The translations under genes and the position numbers were made by a program. From a virus: a stretch of 15,233 bases of DNA. The notes under the pieces are model-generated. The model saw nothing but the letters and a program-made list of their open reading frames with translations. It did not search any database and was not told where the DNA came from. The first letter of the stretch is position 1. Each line of letters opens with the position of its first letter. Shown here piece by piece: positions 14,044 through 15,233 of the stretch. The stretch lies in the IMG/VR virus record IMGVR_UViG_3300045988_162231, positions 1 to 15,233 of that record. One strand, 5' to 3'.

Positions 14044-14348
14044 TATATATCATACCCCTTTTCTTTTAATATTTTAGATAATGCTTTAAATTTTAATTTT
14101 ACTATATCAGGTATTGGCTGAGAATTTAATATTTCATTATATCCGTCCATTAATTTATCATATATATTTTTTTCAATTTGTATATAATTAGATATTAAAT
14201 CATATAAATTATTTATAATTTCATCTGACATTTGAGGGATTCTTTCCTTAAACCCTGTACTTTCTATCATTAAATTTCTTTTTTCTAATACTTTTATTAT
14301 TTTTTCTTCTTTCTCAGTTCTATTCAATTTTGCTTTTTTATCTTCCAT
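14043..14348 (-). CDS. Hypothetical early protein, 101 aa, helical
   Basis: I moved the start from the track GTG at 14357 to ATG 14348 (GAAGGGTGA plus a 5-nt spacer, the same Shine-Dalgarno geometry as other genes here). I recognise no family. Confidence 0.6.
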   Translation of the reverse strand: MEDKKAKLNRTEKEEKIIKVLEKRNLMIESTGFKERIPQMSDEIINNLYDLISNYIQIEKNIYDKLMDGYNEILNSQPIPDIVKLKFKALSKILKEKGYDI

Positions 14349-14353
14349 ATTTT

Positions 14354-14668
14354 TCACCCTTCTATATAATATAAGTTTAAAAATGATTTGTTTGTTATTT
14401 TACCATTAAAATTGTATTCTTTTTGTATATTTTCTTTTGCTGGCTTTAATGCTGTTGTCATCATATTTTCAATGTTCCTTGGACTTACAAAATATAATTC
14501 GGCAAGTTCTTTATAAAGGTCTTTTATAGTATATTTTGGTAGCATTGTTTTACCTTTTGTATATAGCATTAAGGCTGTATTCCAGATTATAAAACCTTTG
14601 CTATTAATATTAAAACCTAAGTTCTTTAAATAATCTGTATTTTCTAAATACTCTTTTGTTTTGCTCAA
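14354..14668 (-). CDS. Stand-alone Spo0A C-terminal (effector/DNA-binding) domain-like protein, 104 aa
   Basis: By-eye alignment to the recalled B. subtilis Spo0A C-domain: IGVPAHIKGYLYLREAI / [28 protein letters not shown] / KPTNSEFI versus LGFNINSKGFIIWNTAL / TIKDLYKELAELYFVSPRNIENMMTTAL / KITNKSFL. No receiver domain is present. I set the start to TTG 14668 (AAAGGGGTGA plus a 5-nt spacer) rather than the track GTG at 14677, which lies inside the Shine-Dalgarno sequence. Confidence 0.6.
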   Translation of the reverse strand: MSKTKEYLENTDYLKNLGFNINSKGFIIWNTALMLYTKGKTMLPKYTIKDLYKELAELYFVSPRNIENMMTTALKPAKENIQKEYNFNGKITNKSFLNLYYIEG

Positions 14669-14685
14669 TTTTATCACCCCTTTCT

Positions 14686-14714
14686 ATTATATCATATTTT
14701 ACAATACTATACAA
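14686..14714 (-). promoter_or_regulatory. Possible internal promoter with phased direct repeats upstream of the Spo0A_C-like gene
   Basis: On the - strand: TTGTAT (14714-14709), a 17-nt spacer ending in TGa, then TATAAT (14691-14686). It overlaps two GTATTGT repeats spaced 10 bp apart. The predicted start would leave only a ~13-nt leader, so the call is uncertain. Confidence 0.35.
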
Positions 14715-14719
14715 TACAT

Positions 14720-14881
14720 TTACATATATTTATCTATTAAATTATACATTATATATTTATATAAATTAAACTTAAATATCCTATAACTTATTAATTGTAT
14801 TGTCATAAATATAATAAAACCTATTAATAAATAAAATATTATAATTCCTGCATCAAATAATAAAATTGCTAATTTTTCCAT
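14720..14881 (-). CDS. Small membrane peptide, 53 aa (not in the ORF track)
   Basis: ATG at 14881 lies 9 nt after AGGAAAGGGG and is the first ORF after the right ITR promoter. Translation: MEKLAILLFDAGIIIFYLLIGFIIFMTIQLISYRIFKFNLYKYIMYNLIDKYM. It has one clear hydrophobic helix followed by a basic/aromatic tail. An open frame of 53 codons is unusual in DNA this AT-rich. Confidence 0.45.
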   Translation of the reverse strand: MEKLAILLFDAGIIIFYLLIGFIIFMTIQLISYRIFKFNLYKYIMYNLIDKYM

Positions 14882-14906
14882 ATATTATTACCCCTTTCCT
14901 ATATTT

Positions 14907-15233
14907 CCTATATTATAACAAAAAATGATAAAAGTCAATAAAAAGAGTAAAAATAAATATTACAAATGTAATACATTGGCTTTACATAATATACTTTAGT
15001 TTACATAATATAGTTTTATGTAAACTTCTTATTTGTATTTTGTTAACTCGCTCTATCCCTTGGGGCTCTAGGCTTTTAGGCTTTTTGTAAAATAATAATA
15101 ATATTATGTTAACTTGAGTTATTTCCAGTTATTGTAAGCCTTGTAACCGTTACGGCTCTAAGGTTGCAGGTTTGCGTATGTTTGTTCGGTTTACATAATT
15201 GGGGAACATAAAAAGTTTATATAATGAACTCTT
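14907..15233. repeat. Right inverted terminal repeat (327 bp)
   Basis: It is the exact reverse complement of 1-327. Confidence 0.95.
14912..14938 (-). promoter_or_regulatory. ITR-embedded early promoter, right arm (mirror copy of 296-322)
   Basis: Its sequence is identical to the left ITR promoter because it lies within the perfect ITR. It faces inward toward the - strand early cluster. The first Shine-Dalgarno sequence and ATG follow within ~30 nt of the ITR boundary. Confidence 0.55.

Noticed and set aside
3678-14677. Longest-ORF starts given by the track at 3678, 4919 (GTG), 11574, 11860, 14357 (GTG) and 14677 (GTG)
   Set aside because: In each case a downstream ATG or TTG sits 5-8 nt after a GGTGA/GGAGG Shine-Dalgarno sequence (3708, 4928, 11535, 11842, 14348, 14668). 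The track start lies inside the SD or inside the upstream gene.
1-15233. Search by eye for tRNA genes, CRISPR repeats, integrase/repressor lysogeny genes, transposase, toxin-antitoxin pairs or known defence/anti-defence families
   Set aside because: None was recognised. All sizeable ORFs are accounted for by replication, packaging, virion, lysis or small orphan early genes. The genome appears strictly lytic. Absence is by inspection only, not by profile search.

Overview
End to end, this window looks like a complete 15,233-bp linear dsDNA genome of a small phi29-like (protein-primed) podophage. The host is probably a very AT-rich Firmicute, likely a clostridial spore-former. Bases 1-327 are the exact reverse complement of 14907-15233, giving 327-bp inverted terminal repeats (ITRs). 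Two convergent gene arms meet at a hairpin terminator at 6602-6627. The left arm (+) carries an SSB-like protein, a putative terminal protein, a protein-primed family-B DNA polymerase (TTG start), a 64-aa ORF, a gp16-type packaging ATPase, a 42-aa ORF missed by the ORF track, and a gp9-type tail knob. The right arm (-) starts with an early cluster driven from the ITR: a 53-aa membrane peptide missed by the track, a stand-alone Spo0A C-terminal-like DNA-binding protein, and two orphan ORFs. After a terminator come a GH25 endolysin and an M23 peptidase, then a second terminator and a TTGACA-17-TGnTAATAA promoter. That promoter precedes holin, scaffold, a Big_2-bearing major capsid protein, connector, lower collar and two fibre proteins. 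I saw no integrase, tRNA, CRISPR array or recognisable defence gene. The most notable observations are: (1) long, motif-laden ITRs, each with an inward-facing promoter ending at the ITR boundary; (2) a phage-encoded, receiver-less Spo0A effector domain; (3) an orphan consensus promoter plus terminator at the arm junction, predicting an ~80-nt non-coding RNA that carries an anti-Shine-Dalgarno sequence; (4) no evident pRNA gene; (5) a split lysis module. All homology statements rest on by-eye motif recognition and recalled reference sequences, not database searches.
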